Shown here: piece by piece, positions 40,714 to 55,410 of the stretch
Numbering within the stretch: the stretch's first letter is position 1
How the letters are laid out: each line of letters opens with the position of its first letter
From: the human T2T-CHM13v2.0 reference genome, Homo sapiens
NCBI RefSeq assembly: GCF_009914755.1
Contig: NC_060928.1
Direction: 5' to 3' (one strand)
Length of the DNA stretch: 64,000 nt
Position numbers and translations under genes: made by a program
Notes under the pieces: model-generated
What the model saw: only the letters and a program-made list of their open reading frames with translations
Database searches by the model: none
Told to the model about the DNA's origin: nothing

Positions 40714-41838
40714 ATTGGAATATATGTATATATATTCAATTTTTTATGTTATCAGGAAAACAGTAGAGTGCTGTGAAATAGCATTAGAAGAGAATTAGGG
40801 AGCTATGTTTACAGTATCACTAGAATAATCACATTTAAAAAAAAGGAATGCGTGCATGGTGGTTTGGGAGTCCAGGTCTAACAATCTAAGAGATGAGGCA
40901 GCATGGGAGAAACAGAGAAAATGTCCTACCTGGTTAGGAGACCAGGATCCTCATCCTAGCTCCATCAAAAACTGCAGAGGTTTTCCTCATCAGCAAAGAG
41001 GTAATAGGTGTCTTTCATTATTTCTCCAGGGTTATAATGAAAATCAAATGATCACATACACCTGATTCACATTTGAAAAGAAGAGTACAGTATATGGTAC
41101 TGTGGTAGGATACCAGGGTACATGTGGTAGGAAGACTAACAGGAGAACATGGTCTACCCAGTTCAGAAGGCTGGACATGTCCCACAGTCAGGTAGGAATT
41201 GAAGAGGAAGGCTGATGGCCCACTAATGGTGGATGAGAGAATTGCTTTGCATTTACAAAGGACATACGACATGCTCCTTATTTACTTATTTATTTTATCC
41301 TTTGGCGTGTTAATGAGTACATTTTAAATGAGACAACAGCTCTCAATGATGTTTAAGACAATAATTTTTAAAAACTACTTAAGGTATTTTTACTTATTGT
41401 TTCCCATATGGCTTTTGCGCCTTCTTTACAAGACATTTTAGGTCATTTTTAAACCAAAAAAAACAAAGACGGCACCCCCATTTCTCTAACTTTTGAAAAT
41501 CCAATTATAAAAATAATACACTAATATTGTGAGATATTCAAATAGCATAGGAGGTTATACAGTGAAAAGTCCCTCTCATGATCACCCCTACCTACTCTCC
41601 TTTCCCAGAGATAACTAATCTTAACAGTTTTCTCCATTCTTTCACAACTTTATCTGCATATTGGAACTGAGTCTTGAAAACTGAGTAGTAGTAGCCATTT
41701 GGCCACTCACAAAGTTAAGGGTTTATTAAATTATATTAGAAAGTATTAATTGGCCTGCCAGTGAATGGGCACAGCAACTGGGTATTTAATGGGCAGCTCC
41801 AAACGGAAAGCCCTGGCTGTGCAGCACCCATCTATGGC

Positions 41839-42273
41839 TGGTATGGTTTCAATCTGTGTCTTTGCTCAAATTTCACGTTGAACTGTAATTCCCATTGTTG
41901 AAGATGGAGCTTGGTAGGAGGTGATTGGATCATGGGGCTGGTTTCTCATGGTTTAACACCATCCCTCTTGGTGCTGTTGTGGAGATAGTGAGTTCTCATG
42001 AGATGTGGCTGTTTAAAAGTGTGTAGCACCTCTTCCACTTCCTGCTGCTCCTGGCCATGTGAAGTGCTGGCTCCCCCTTCACCTTCCGCCATGATTGTAG
42101 TTTTCCTGAGGCCTCCCCAGAAGCCGAGCAGATACCGCCATGCTTCCCATACAGCCTGTGGAACCATGGACCAATTAAACCTCTTTTCTTTATAAATTAC
42201 CCAGTGTCAAAAAAAAAAATACGTCACCCAGTGTCAGGTATTTCTTATAACAGTGCGAGGACAGACAAATACA
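41839..42273. mobile_element. MSTA-like MaLR LTR
   Basis: TGGTATGGTTTCAATCTGTGTC...ACAGACAAATACA; perfect 5-bp TSD ATGGC at 41834-41838 and 42274-42278. Confidence 0.9.
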
Positions 42274-42962
42274 ATGGCCAAGCTTACCCCGAGGACAGTT
42301 AGGATGGTGTTTTTTGGTTTGTGCCTGGGTCCAAGGTCAAATAGCTGGTACCCTTTCAAAACCCACAAATCATTTACAATCTTGTGTTTGTTCTTTGTTC
42401 CATTGGTAGAATCATTTTGCTTCCATCTCTCTACCACAACTGGGTATTGAGGATGTCATTTGGCAAGTAGAGGCCCTAACCAAAAGGTCCTAAATAATAG
42501 CTGCATGGGTATCTTGTTATTAAACAATGAAGCTGCTCCAATGAGAAAGGCTGCATTATAAAACCATGTGGCTTTAGACACACTCACTGCCGCCCAAGGG
42601 GGAACCTATGCTATCATAAAAACTGAGTGTCTATCATCCAGATAACATCACTAAATTAATGGTTGATATAAAAACTCAACTAATCTTTCAGATCCAACAC
42701 TCTAAATGATCAGCTAAGCAGCTGGTTTGGATCATGGGGAATTTGGTGGCAGAAGCTGGGACTTATTCTTGGAAACATAATCATTTGTTCGGTTTTTTCC
42801 TGTTTTTGTCTTTATTGCTGCTGTGGCATTTGTTCACAATGAAGTCAATGCAGAGCTGAAAAAAATGAAATAATGATTGTTCACAGAATTGCATTAACTG
42901 CAGCCACGTAGCCTGACTCAGGTCACAAAGTCACTTCCTTCATTTTGCATTAAATTTGGCCA

Positions 42963-43394
<432 letters not shown>

Positions 43395-43436
43395 CTACTA
43401 TGCTTTACTCAAAATATCTTAATGAAAATGGAGAAA

Positions 43437-43891
43437 TGTGAAATTAAATAATTCAAACTTAAAGCTGTTAGAATTTTAAAGTATTCCAGCCTTAAGAGGA
43501 ATACGGCTATGTGGCTTGAGTCACTTGATGTACAACTGCAACTTCTGCCTTTTTTTTTTTCCCTGTAAATCATTAAGAAGACCAAATGGCACCAGAGATA
43601 AGAACCCCCCACCCCCACCCCCCAAGATTACTACCTCTCCTCATAGAATGAAGCAAATGTAGCATTTTGTAACCAATCAAATCACTGTACTGTATGCACT
43701 TGTCTTGTATGGAAAATGTTGTAATTCTGCTAAAATTTCTGTCTCTGCTTATATAAGCGAAACATTAACTTCTCCTCTTTGAAACACTGACCCCATTTGT
43801 TTGGAGTAAGTGTTTCCTGGTGGCAAGCTTTGTGCTTGAATAAGCTCTATACTTAATCATATTTTCTGAATCTCATTACTTAAAGTTGACA
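43437..43891 (+). mobile_element. ERV1-class 3' LTR (MER4-group; exact family uncertain)
   Basis: TGTGAAATTAAATAATTCAAACTTAAAGCTG...TAAAGTTGACA has TG..CA ends, directly after the purine tract; CCAAT near 43673 and TATATAA near 43750. Confidence 0.82.
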
Positions 43892-46268
43892 GGTTGTTTC
43901 TACAAGTGGAGGAACAACATGAGCATGCACTGTCATGATGATTGATTTCTAGTCCACAAGTATACAGTCTTCAAATTAAGTATAATTTGGCCTGAAATCA
44001 CATTGTCCATTAGTAAAATATTCCATTGTATTCATTTGAGGAGCTTTCTCTCCTCCATGGGTCAAAACAAGCATCCCAGGATTATGTTCATCCCCAAAAA
44101 TAGGATAGAGGTGTGAGTTTGCTTAATTGGCTACTTGCTGCTCCCTGACACAGGTCCCTGTCCTCTTCCATGTGGACTATGTGCCCTGGGTAGGCTCAGC
44201 GGTCCTCTCTACTGATCACAGGCTGACTGTGCCTCCACCTGCAGCAGCGTGCCATAGAATTCTCTTCCATTGGTCTCGCTTTAGCCTTAACTTGGAAAGA
44301 ACCCTTCCTTACTTCCCTCCCTGCCTGGAAGATCCCACAGTGCTGGCCTTTTCTGAAAAAAGATGCTCATCTTTTGTTTTTTAATTGCTTCATAGTTCAC
44401 CTTTTTATAAAAGGGAAAGCAAAGAGGCATTAAACAGCGTGACTCACTGGGAAAGCTAGTATTTCAGCCAGACAGAAGAGTTCATTGGAGGATGGGAAGT
44501 TCAGAGGAATATGGCTGGGGGGATGAACACCTGATTAGAAGGGTTTGTAGGGTATTAGAATAAGTTTGTATTTATCTAGGCATTGAGGAAACCGGGGTCA
44601 TTCAAGGCTTTACACAGAACAGTAGCAAAATTAGATTTTCCTTTGAAAAGGAAACTCTGATGCTGGTAGGGAGAGTGGTTGAAGGGGAGCAAGGCTGGAA
44701 GCAGTGATACCAGTTAGGAGACCATGGCAGTAGTTCAAGAAAGAGATGTTGTGAACCTAGTGCCTTAATCCTCTGCTGAATCTGAGAGTCTCCTCTCCAT
44801 TGGCCTGTGACTAGGACCATAGGCCAATCTCCTACTATAAAAGATAAAAAGGCTGATACAAACATTTCTAGGCTTGCTTGCAGCTTGAGTTAAGACTTAA
44901 TAAGGTGATATTACAATTCATTCTGGCAGTGCTGGCAGAGGAAACAGCAGCAATGATGCTCTGCGAGCCTGACTCAGGGCCAGCAGTGATGGCAGCCCAA
45001 GGTAAGTATATCCAGGGGCTGCTGGTGGCAGCAGCAGTGTCTTTGATGCAGTGGTTCAATATGTTGTATTTGGCTCTGGTTCTGGTTACCTGAACTTCCT
45101 TTGCTCTTGCCCATTTTCTGAGCCTGAGTCTTCAGGTCTCTAATTTATTTTCATCAGATCTTTAAAATAATCCTCTGAGGAATTAAGGCAGGTGTTATTA
45201 TTTTCATTAAGATGAGGGAAATGAAACTACAAGGTTAGGTTACTTGCTTAAGAGCAAAAGCTAGTAAGTGGAACACCCAGGGTTGGATCCAACCAAATCT
45301 TTGTGATGGTCGCAGTACTCTTTACACTCCCCACTTGCTTACCAAACTTGGTACTCCTAATACCTGGCATATACAGGAAAATGAAAGGAAGGGCTAGAAG
45401 CTATTGCTTACACTTGGCACAGGCTCTAAAGTTATGTAGAAGTCTTATTAAAATTAAGTTATTTAAAGCAATATATAATGGAGTAAAATACAAGATCTAG
45501 GTATAATTAGTAATTTAAATAAATTTTACCTTTGTAGGAGGTGAGCATCTAGATTCCCCAGGAATACAAAATCATTAATCTTTGTAATGTGTACCCCGGT
45601 AAAAATATATGAGAAGTCCTGAAATGAAACATTAGCCAATCCTTAGGCTAGTGTTCCAATTAGCTAAATATCCCCGTTTAATTTAGTAAAACCAGTATTT
45701 AACCCCACATATGTGATTTATGAGTTTATATATAATAGCCTTATCCATTTATGTTCTTAAAGCCTGGAAGTCCAGAACATCTTAACAATTGTGCAACAAA
45801 ATTTGACTAAAGATTGGTAGAGCTATGGATGCTAACTAATGCTGCTACAAATATATAAAATACTCTGTTAAATACCTTATTGAAAAAGAGATTAAATGTA
45901 AGATGTCTTTTCCATACTGCATGTTATGTTGAAATGACTATTTTGTCATCTGGAGAGAATTATATGCAATGATTTCATAGTGAGGAAACAAACTCATGAT
46001 TCAATGAAAGGGTAAGGTAGATGTGAATCATAATCACTTTAAATTATAGTTATTAAAATTCTATAAATTTAAAACACTTTAGTTCTATAAAGCTTGGGCA
46101 ATGAGTCCATTCCAAGCAGCATTGACCAATAGTATTATTTTCAGGATGTTTTAAGTATACCAGGTTACATCTGACCATAAAATGTTTCTCTATTACATGT
46201 GCCCATTTATTTGTTCTACTATTCATTCAGGAACTATGCTGAGTCTCAAGGCAAAGATAAATACCACA

Positions 46269-46560
46269 GGCTGGGCATGGTGGCTCACGCCTGTAATCCT
46301 AGCACTTTGGGAGGCTGAGGTAGGAGGATTGCTTGAGGCCAGGAGTTTGAGGCCAGCCTAAACAATATAGTGAGACCCTTGTCAATACAAAACATTTTAA
46401 AAAATTAATCAGGTATGGTGGTGTGTGCCTGTAGTCCCAGCTACTCAGGAGGGATGCTGAGGAGGGAGGATCCCTTGAGCACAGGAGGTCGAGGCTGCAG
46501 TGAGCCATGCACTCCAGCCTAGGTGACAGAGACTTTGTGTCTAAAAAAGTTAATAATAAT
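46269..46560 (+). mobile_element. Alu (AluJ-like) within L2
   Basis: Alu body; TSD ATAAATACCACA on both sides; antisense L2 continues to about 46920 and 47780-48290. Confidence 0.92.
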
Positions 46561-46934
46561 AATAAATACCACAGTGATGTGTAAATAAGGAATTATGTGG
46601 TGATATATAACAATAGAAGTATGTATGAGGCAAAAGGAAGAATCTGAAAATAAACCCGGCCTATAGTCTTCACTGAGGTGTTGATTCTTTCTTAAACTGC
46701 ATCTTGAAGGATGAATATGAGGATAACAGTGGACATGTAGGAAGGGTGAGCAGAGGATAATAGTTTAGACAGAGGGAGCTACACGTGTAAAGACATGGAG
46801 GCATGAAATAGCTTAAGTTAAAAGAATTGCAAGTGTTTTTGTGTTTATAGAAGCTAACGTTGAAAAGTTATGGTGGGAGATGAAGCTAGGCAAACAGGGG
46901 ACAGATCATGAAGGATCTTCAATAATCCTGTAAG

Positions 46935-47457
46935 TCCCATTACTGGGTATATACCCAAAGGAAAATAAATCATTGTACTGAAAAAGACACCTGCACTTGT
47001 TATGTTCATTGTAGTGCTAGTCACAGTAGCAAATACATAAAATCAACCCAGGTGCCCATGAACAATGAATTGGATACAGAAAATGTGGTATATCTACACC
47101 ATGGAGTATTATACAGCCATAGAAAAGAATACAGTCGTGTTCTTTGCAGCAACATGGATGCAAAAATTCTAAGCAAATTAACTCAGGAACAGAAAACCAA
47201 ATACTGTATATCCTCACTTACAAATGAAAGCTAAACATTGGGTACACAAGGACACAAAGAAGGGACAATAAACACTGGGGATTCCAAAAGTGGGGAGGTA
47301 TGGGGAGAGACAAGGGTTGAAAAACTACTTATCCAGTACTACATTCACTACTTGGGCAATAGGATCATTAGAAGCCCAAACCTCAGCATCACGCAATATA
47401 CCCATCTAACAAATCTGCACATGTACCCCCAAATCTAAAAGAAAAAAGAAAAAAAAG
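46935..47457 (+). mobile_element. L1PB-like 3' end
   Basis: CCCATTACTGGGTATATACCCAAAGGAAAATAAATC...GAAGCCCAAACCTCAGCATCACGCAATATACCCAT...CTGCACATGTACCCCC. Confidence 0.88.
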
Positions 47458-47458
47458 A

Positions 47459-47767
<309 letters not shown>

Positions 47768-50272
47768 TCATCATCATACTATATGGGCATGATTTAATGG
47801 ACATGAAAACGATAGCAAAGAGTTTTAGACTAAAGCATAGCAAGAGAATATTTACCCTTTGGAAAAATGACTCTGAAGGTAGTATGGAGAAAAATTTTGA
47901 AGAGAAAAGATACAGAGTATAGGTTAGAATTAACAAAGACATGTAAATAGAAATGAAAAGATGAGAAAATATGTGAGAAATATCTAGGTAATAGAACCAC
48001 AGAAATTAAAAATAAATTGGATGTGAAGGGTAACGTGAGGACTTAGACAACTGGGTGATCATCAAGCCAAAAACCAAAATAGGAAATACAGAAAGAACAC
48101 ATTTAGTGGAAATTAAATATAAGCTCAGTTTCAACAAGATGTCATTTGAGTTGTCAGTGAATTAGGCGGGTAGTACAGGCAATGGTGTACATAGAAGAGG
48201 CCAGGGCTGGCTATACTAATTTAAGTCATTGATTACACAGTGGTAATGACAACTATGAGAGTGAATGAGATTGCCCAATAGGAAAAGGAAATGCTGAAGA
48301 AGTGTTGCATGTATGTGTGGAGTTTCATTGGTAGCTCTCACATCTTTGTCAATAATAATTATTGGCAAGTTTTCTCATTCATGCCTAGGAAGGTGCATCA
48401 TGATGTGGTAGAAGGAATGATGGACTGGAAAGCAGGAGACAGCCTGCAATCCTGGTCTCTTGGAAGTCCTTGCATGTCGTTGGGCAAGTCATTTAACCAT
48501 TCTCTTCCTCGGTTACTTTACCTGTGAAATAAGATTGGATTAGATGAGTTCTAACACTCTGTGATTCTTCAACCAATTCTCCAAATCTCATGATTTTCAT
48601 TTCTCCCTAATGGGCTCTGATGAAGCTGCCAATGAAACCTGAAATAACTGGGAAATAGGCATTGAGAGAGAAATATGGCCTAGGAAGAGTCACACACCTT
48701 ATAATTTTTCCCTAAATAATGGAAACCTGACTTTGAAAATAATTTTGCTGTAATTTAGGAGCAGTTATTGTAGACTATTATGAAAATGTAGGGCTTTTTA
48801 TTGAAAGGGAATGATAGTTGGTCACAAATATTTGGGTTTGGATTGAATGGCCTTTTGCCTCCAAATTTTTGGAAAATAACTAAGATTGACCCATTTAAAA
48901 GCCACCCACTTACAGCTTCAGTGCAGTAGAAATTATGTAATAGATCTGATCATATTTGTCCCTTCTGGCCAATTATGACAGCCTACAAGTAATGCAGGAA
49001 TGGAAAACATTTTTGGTAATTATATTGCATTAAAATTGTATGTCATTATGAGAGTAGGCAGTTAAGATAATTGTGCAGGAAGATGTTGCAGATAGATGGC
49101 CTCCTAGGTGCTGAGCTGGCCCCAAACTAAATACGTGAAAATGTTTTCCTTCAGGTTCCTGAAAATGTGAAGTACATTGGGCTGTGAGCACCAAGGAATC
49201 AAAGACTGTAGTTTCAACTGACAAAGCAAACATCTGTGAAAGATACACACTAGCTGTGTTGTAGTAAATGAATGGAACAGTTTTTGTGAAATTATGTCGT
49301 AGTTTTGATTGAGCTCCAGTCTGGCAGTGCCCTTACACTTAGCCTCTCTGACTTAGAATTATTCTTTGACTGTCAGGAAGAATATCTTTATTGTGAGAAG
49401 CCCTGAGCACACTGTGGCTTACAGCAATCAGGGCACCAAAAACTTCAGAACATAGAACTTTGCACTGCAAAGATAAACCTGGACCAAAAGGAGTATGATT
49501 TGTTAAACCTAATCAGAGTTTGTGGAAATATTTAAAAATCAAGAGAAAAATAAAAGGACAGACAGTTAATAAGCAGATATTAAGACGTATGAAATGACAA
49601 CAACTAATTAAAAGATAGAATCGAAAGACTACAAAAGCCATAAAAACAGTATAACATCTAGGAATAAGCATAACAAGAAATGTACAAGACCTACAGGAAA
49701 AAAACTTTAAAATGTTACTACAAGATGTGAAAGATGATTTTGGACAAATGAAAGGCTCTATCTTGGAAAGAGATCCAATACATTATTAAGCGAAATAAGC
49801 GACAGAACAGTATGTAAAGCATCCTACTTTTCATATAAAAACGAGGAGAAAGTAAGAATCTACATTTGTATTTACTGGTGTATAAAGAAAATCTGGAAAA
49901 ATATATAAGAAATTACCTATGAGGGGTGTGGGAAATTAGCAGCTAAGAGACCAAAATGGGAGATTGAATTTGCACACTGATTATCCAGAGCACTTCCTTG
50001 TTTGATTTTACAGCTACAGCAATCCATGATATGGTTGTGTTATAATTTGTTTAATTCAGACTTCTGTTGATAATATTTAGGTTGTTTCCAGTCATTTGCT
50101 AGTATAATCAATCCTGCAGTTAATCATATAAATGTTACCTCTTCAGAAAATTGATTTTAAACATAAGTAAAACTTTCAATAACAACAACAACAAATCCAG
50201 AGATAAAAAGCAGATACTTTCAAATGAAAGCTCTCACTCAAGTATAGACAGTAAAGGTGAAAATATGAATGA

Positions 50273-50591
<319 letters not shown>

Positions 50592-50609
50592 GAAAATATG
50601 AATGATATT

Positions 50610-50745
50610 GCCCTGGTGCCGTGGCTCACACCTGTAATCCAAACACTTTGGGAAGCCGAGAACGGAGGATCACTTGAACCCAGGAGTTTGAAACCAGCCT
50701 GGGCAACATAGTGAGACTCCATCTCTGTTAAAAAAAATAATAAAA
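50610..50745 (+). mobile_element. Alu left monomer (FLAM/AluJ)
   Basis: GTGGCTCACACCTGTAATCC...GGGCAACATAGTGAGACTCCATCTCT. Confidence 0.85.
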
Positions 50746-50766
50746 TATAAATTAATTAATTAATTA

Positions 50767-51118
<352 letters not shown>

Positions 51119-51234
51119 AGTGCCCAAGTCCAAGATGGTTAGACATCCTTACTCTCCTTCCCATCCCCACATCACAATCCGAATGCATGCTTCTGGGGCT
51201 CCAGCTGTCTTGCTTTTGTATGAAGAAGCATTCA

Positions 51235-51552
51235 GACCAGATGCAGTAGTTCATGTCTGTAATCTCAGCGCTTTCAGGGGCCAAGACGAAAGGATCTGAG
51301 GTGGGAGAGTCACTTGAGGCCAGGAATTGGAGACCAGCCTGAGCAACATAGTAAGACTTTGTCTCCAAAAAACACTTTTTTTTTTTTTTTTAAAGCTGGG
51401 TGTGGTAGCATGTGCCTATAGTCTTAGCTACTCAGGAACCTAATGGGAGAGAATCACTTGAGCCCAGGAGTGTGAGGCTACCGTGAGCTATGATTGTGCC
51501 ACTGCACTCCAGCCTGGGTGATAAAACAAGACCCTTTTACTTAAGAAAAAGA
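51235..51552 (+). mobile_element. Alu (AluJ-like) with poly(T) in the middle linker
   Basis: Diverged body; AAAAAACAC-T(17)-AAAG at about 51367-51396. Confidence 0.85.
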
Positions 51553-52255
51553 AGCAGCAGCAGCAGCATCTGTATATCACCCATGCTCCATGCATTGGAA
51601 AGCCTTCTGTGTAGATGTAGAATCATGCCAAATGATTTTATCCATGCAAATAGGTACAGGTATAGGGATCAAAAGTTGTCCTAGTTAATCAATTATCATT
51701 AGTCCCACAGTGTTTTCTGTCACAGATGTTACTTTTCTGGAGTGGTAGGTGTGGCAAGGTAATTCATTAAAATATGAATTTGTGTTGGTTCTCTCTATAG
51801 TTTTAACCTCCTCAATTCTGGTGAGATAAGTCAGTTTTTGTCTCCTTGTCTCAGAGGTGATTTGTAACTGAGCAGAAAGTAGGAGCTTCCTGAAGAAAGG
51901 CACTCCATTTGATTTGTAAAAACCTCAACTCATAGAAGAGATGGTAATACATGATCTGAATGAAGGAGAGTGCCTTTAAAAGTGGCAAGATGGGAAAAGG
52001 GTTAACTTCTCCAGTCTGGGCAGTCTATAGATTTTTGGAGAAGCAGGGACCCACTTCTGGTCCCTAGGCAAGGTCTCTGAGAGAATCACTGCATGACTTT
52101 TGAGCTCCAAGCACCAGGATCCCAACCCTGGTCACTTTCCATTTCCAATGAGAGGCCCAAGATCAATTTGTTACTGGATTTCTAGGAACCATTCAACAAT
52201 AAGTATATCTGCAATAACCTCCATGGACTGGAGGTTAGAGTTGTTTACTCTTTAA

Positions 52256-52706
52256 ATCAGTTAGAAATGTTTTTAACTGCAAACAATAAAAAAAATTTTA
52301 AACCAACATACGGTGGCTTAAACAAACAGGATGTTTCTTTTTCTCTCACAACAGAATTCTGGAGGAAAGTGGCTCTGGGAATTGAACAGTGGCTCAGTGA
52401 TGTTGGGGCCACCAAGTCTGCAATTCTCCCTACCTGTTCTTCATGGTTGTAAGATGACTGCTGCAATTCTCGGCATCATGTGCATGTTAATGTCAGGAGG
52501 AAGAAAGGAAGAGGGAGCACTGGGATGTTACATTCATTTTGTCAGGAAAAGCAAAGCCTTTCCAGACAGCTCCGAAACTTGCTTACCTCTCATTGGCCAG
52601 CACCATCACTTGACCACTTGTCCACTCCTAGCTGCAAGGAAAGTGGCAAAGTAGAAGGTATTTGAGAATGTCTGCTGGGTTAGCCAAAACAATAGTGACT
52701 TCTACA
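52256..52706. mobile_element. MLT1-like MaLR LTR
   Basis: ATCAGTTAGAAATG...TGGCTTAAACAAACAGG...GTAAGATGACTGCTGCA...CCTAGCTGCAAGGAAAG. Confidence 0.7.
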
Positions 52707-53679
52707 CCCAATTTTCTGGGCACTGCAGAAGTATCCTTGAGTCCTATGTGATCAGAGGGAGAGCAAACCTCAATAATGAAACAGATTCAATTTCCATCAC
52801 CCAGTGAGACACCATGGGATTAGAATAAATTTTTAAAAAAACAAATTGAAAAAAATGCATTTTTAAAACAACAAAATCAGAAAGGATGAAAGGTGATATT
52901 TCTAGCATATCAGTTTGTGGTGGTAAATTAATTACCTTATACAAAGGCCTCAGTGACTTTCTGCTCCTTACCTAACGAATCATCTTTAAAATAAGTAAAA
53001 TAAAGAAACAAGAGCAGCAGCAGATGCTTCCTAAAAAGAAGTTACCAAATCTGTTCACCACAAACCTGAGAATTCAACTGTGGACATTTGGACACCAGCA
53101 ATGAACATGAAACTCAGCTTATGAGGCATATTTGGCTAAAGGTCAAGGTGACTTAAAATTCATCATAGGACATCTACAATTTGCAAAGCAGGTGACTGGA
53201 TATGGACTCCTTCCAAGTCTCATTTAATTGGATAATGCCTACGTTTTAAGTATCAGAAGTGAGTCTTTCTCTATTAAATGAAGTCAGTTCCACTAAAACC
53301 TAAATCTTGTTTGGCAGGCACTCCATGTTTCTTAATTTTTATTCCATGCTGTATATTCTTTTAGACTTGATTTTCACTTTTTTTTCTTTTTTCCTGTACA
53401 TTTATCTTTGCTGTGAAACAAAGTGCCCTGCTTTGAAGGACAGGTTTGTGGGCTGCTGGTGGTGAGACAACAGCAGTCCTTCCAAGTCTTCCTCCCATCA
53501 CTCTGTTAGCTCTCCCTTTGTTTTTAATTAGCATTACACCAGTTAATTCTGTTATCTCTTAACCCTGGTTCTGCATCCTCTTCTTCTTTTCTATTCCTTA
53601 CTCCGCTCCTGTTTTTTCTTGTTCTGCTTTTCCAAGAAATGTCTTGTCTCCTCATCAGTTGACTGTCTTCTCTTTCCAG

Positions 53680-53882
53680 AGGGACCATAAAGGTGCCAGC
53701 CTAAGGAACACGTAAAACGTGGGAACAGACAAACAAGCTGCTGCCTATTACAGAGATAGATAATTAACTTTGGACCATTACATGCAATTCATCAGCTTAT
53801 CTTTTTCAAACTTTATATAAGAAGTCATTTCCCAATGGTAACCACTTGCCAGCTGCAACTTTGACGCATATTATCAGGATAG
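53680..53882 (+). other. Candidate non-coding exon
   Basis: Long pyrimidine-rich run ending TTGACTGTCTTCTCTTTCCAG (53679) and donor TAG|GTGAGA at 53882/53883; no recognisable protein. Confidence 0.25.
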
Positions 53883-54007
53883 GTGAGATTGATGGGGGCC
53901 CTTTGAACTCTTCCCAGGGAATTATCTTTATAATGTTACAGTTTTCTCTATAGCATGGTCATATTGTTAACATTGGTTATAAGGTCATATGGTTAGTATG
54001 GTTAGTA

Positions 54008-54374
<367 letters not shown>

Positions 54375-54567
54375 TCACTTAGAGAGATAGAAGGCAACTA
54401 CAGGGAATATTACGTACATCATGGAGCGGAAAGCACTAAGGCCTGTGGAATTATTCTCAGTGACACGTCGTTGAGGGCAGTGGTCCACATGTTTTGAACA
54501 TGGTTTCTCCCAGGTGAAAAGGATGAGTAATTTGTTCTCCTTCACATGTGTGTATGTAGGTCTTATA

Positions 54568-54744
54568 CACAGCAGATTTGCCACAAAACAAATGAAGATT
54601 ACACTTTGGGCCCCTCTCTCACATGAGCCCCTTCCAAAGTTCTGTTTGCTAATTTTACATTTTGTAATTTCTTATTATTTTTCTTAAAGAAGCCTCCTCC
54701 AATTGCATAAACTTCAAGCCTCACAAAATTTGGATCCATACCTG
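54568..54744. mobile_element. MER53-like hAT MITE
   Basis: CACAGCAGATTT...GGGCCCCTCTC...GAGCCCCTTCCAAAG...CTCACAAAATTTGGATCCATACCTG. Confidence 0.65.
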
Positions 54745-54919
54745 AGCCAACATACAATACAATTTTCCATTTCTAACTTTTAGTTGTACCTAGTGTTTTA
54801 TTGGAAATGATCAAGTACATGAGTGGTGTCTTTTTAAAAAATTTACTTTATTTGCTTCTCTAGCTTCATCGTTAGTTAGGCAGTTAAATCTAACCATTTG
54901 GAGGTATTTTCATATAACC

Positions 54920-55410
54920 TCCATTGAGGACAATTTGGCAATAGCTTTTAAAATTATAAATATATTTGTACAGTTATAAGCTGCCATATCTATAAAACTA
55001 TTTGATAGACAAAAGTTGAAAACCCTCCAAGAGCTCATCAATAAAAGATTAAATTAATTATGATACATCCATATGAGCACTGAGCAGCTGTGAAAAAAAT
55101 GAGGAAGTAATTCCTGTGCTGATATGGGAAGACTTCCAAGACATGTTGTTAAGTACAGAATGGTGTATACAGTATGCTATATAGTGTGGTAAAAGGTTTA
55201 GGGATAAGCATTTATATTTATAACTGTTTATATTTACATAAAGTAATTCTGAAAGGATACAAAAAAGCTAACAAAAGAGATTACCTGTGGTAGTGTGGGG
55301 CTTGGGGATTGGATGGGTGAGAAACAGTAGTGGAAATGAGATATTGTACAGTTTAAGGCATTATACACCTATAAAAACATGGGAATGTATTACCTACTCA
55401 AAAAGTGAAA
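54920..55410 (+). mobile_element. Old L1ME-like 3' region
   Basis: GACAATTTGGCAATAGC, AATTATGATACATCCATA, GATATGGGAAGACTTCCAAGACATGTTGTTAAGT. Confidence 0.65.

Noticed and set aside
49097-49116. CTCF- or REST-like motif (TGGCCTCCTAGGTGCTGAG)
   Set aside because: Only a partial match to either consensus; not supportable without a PWM scan or ChIP data.
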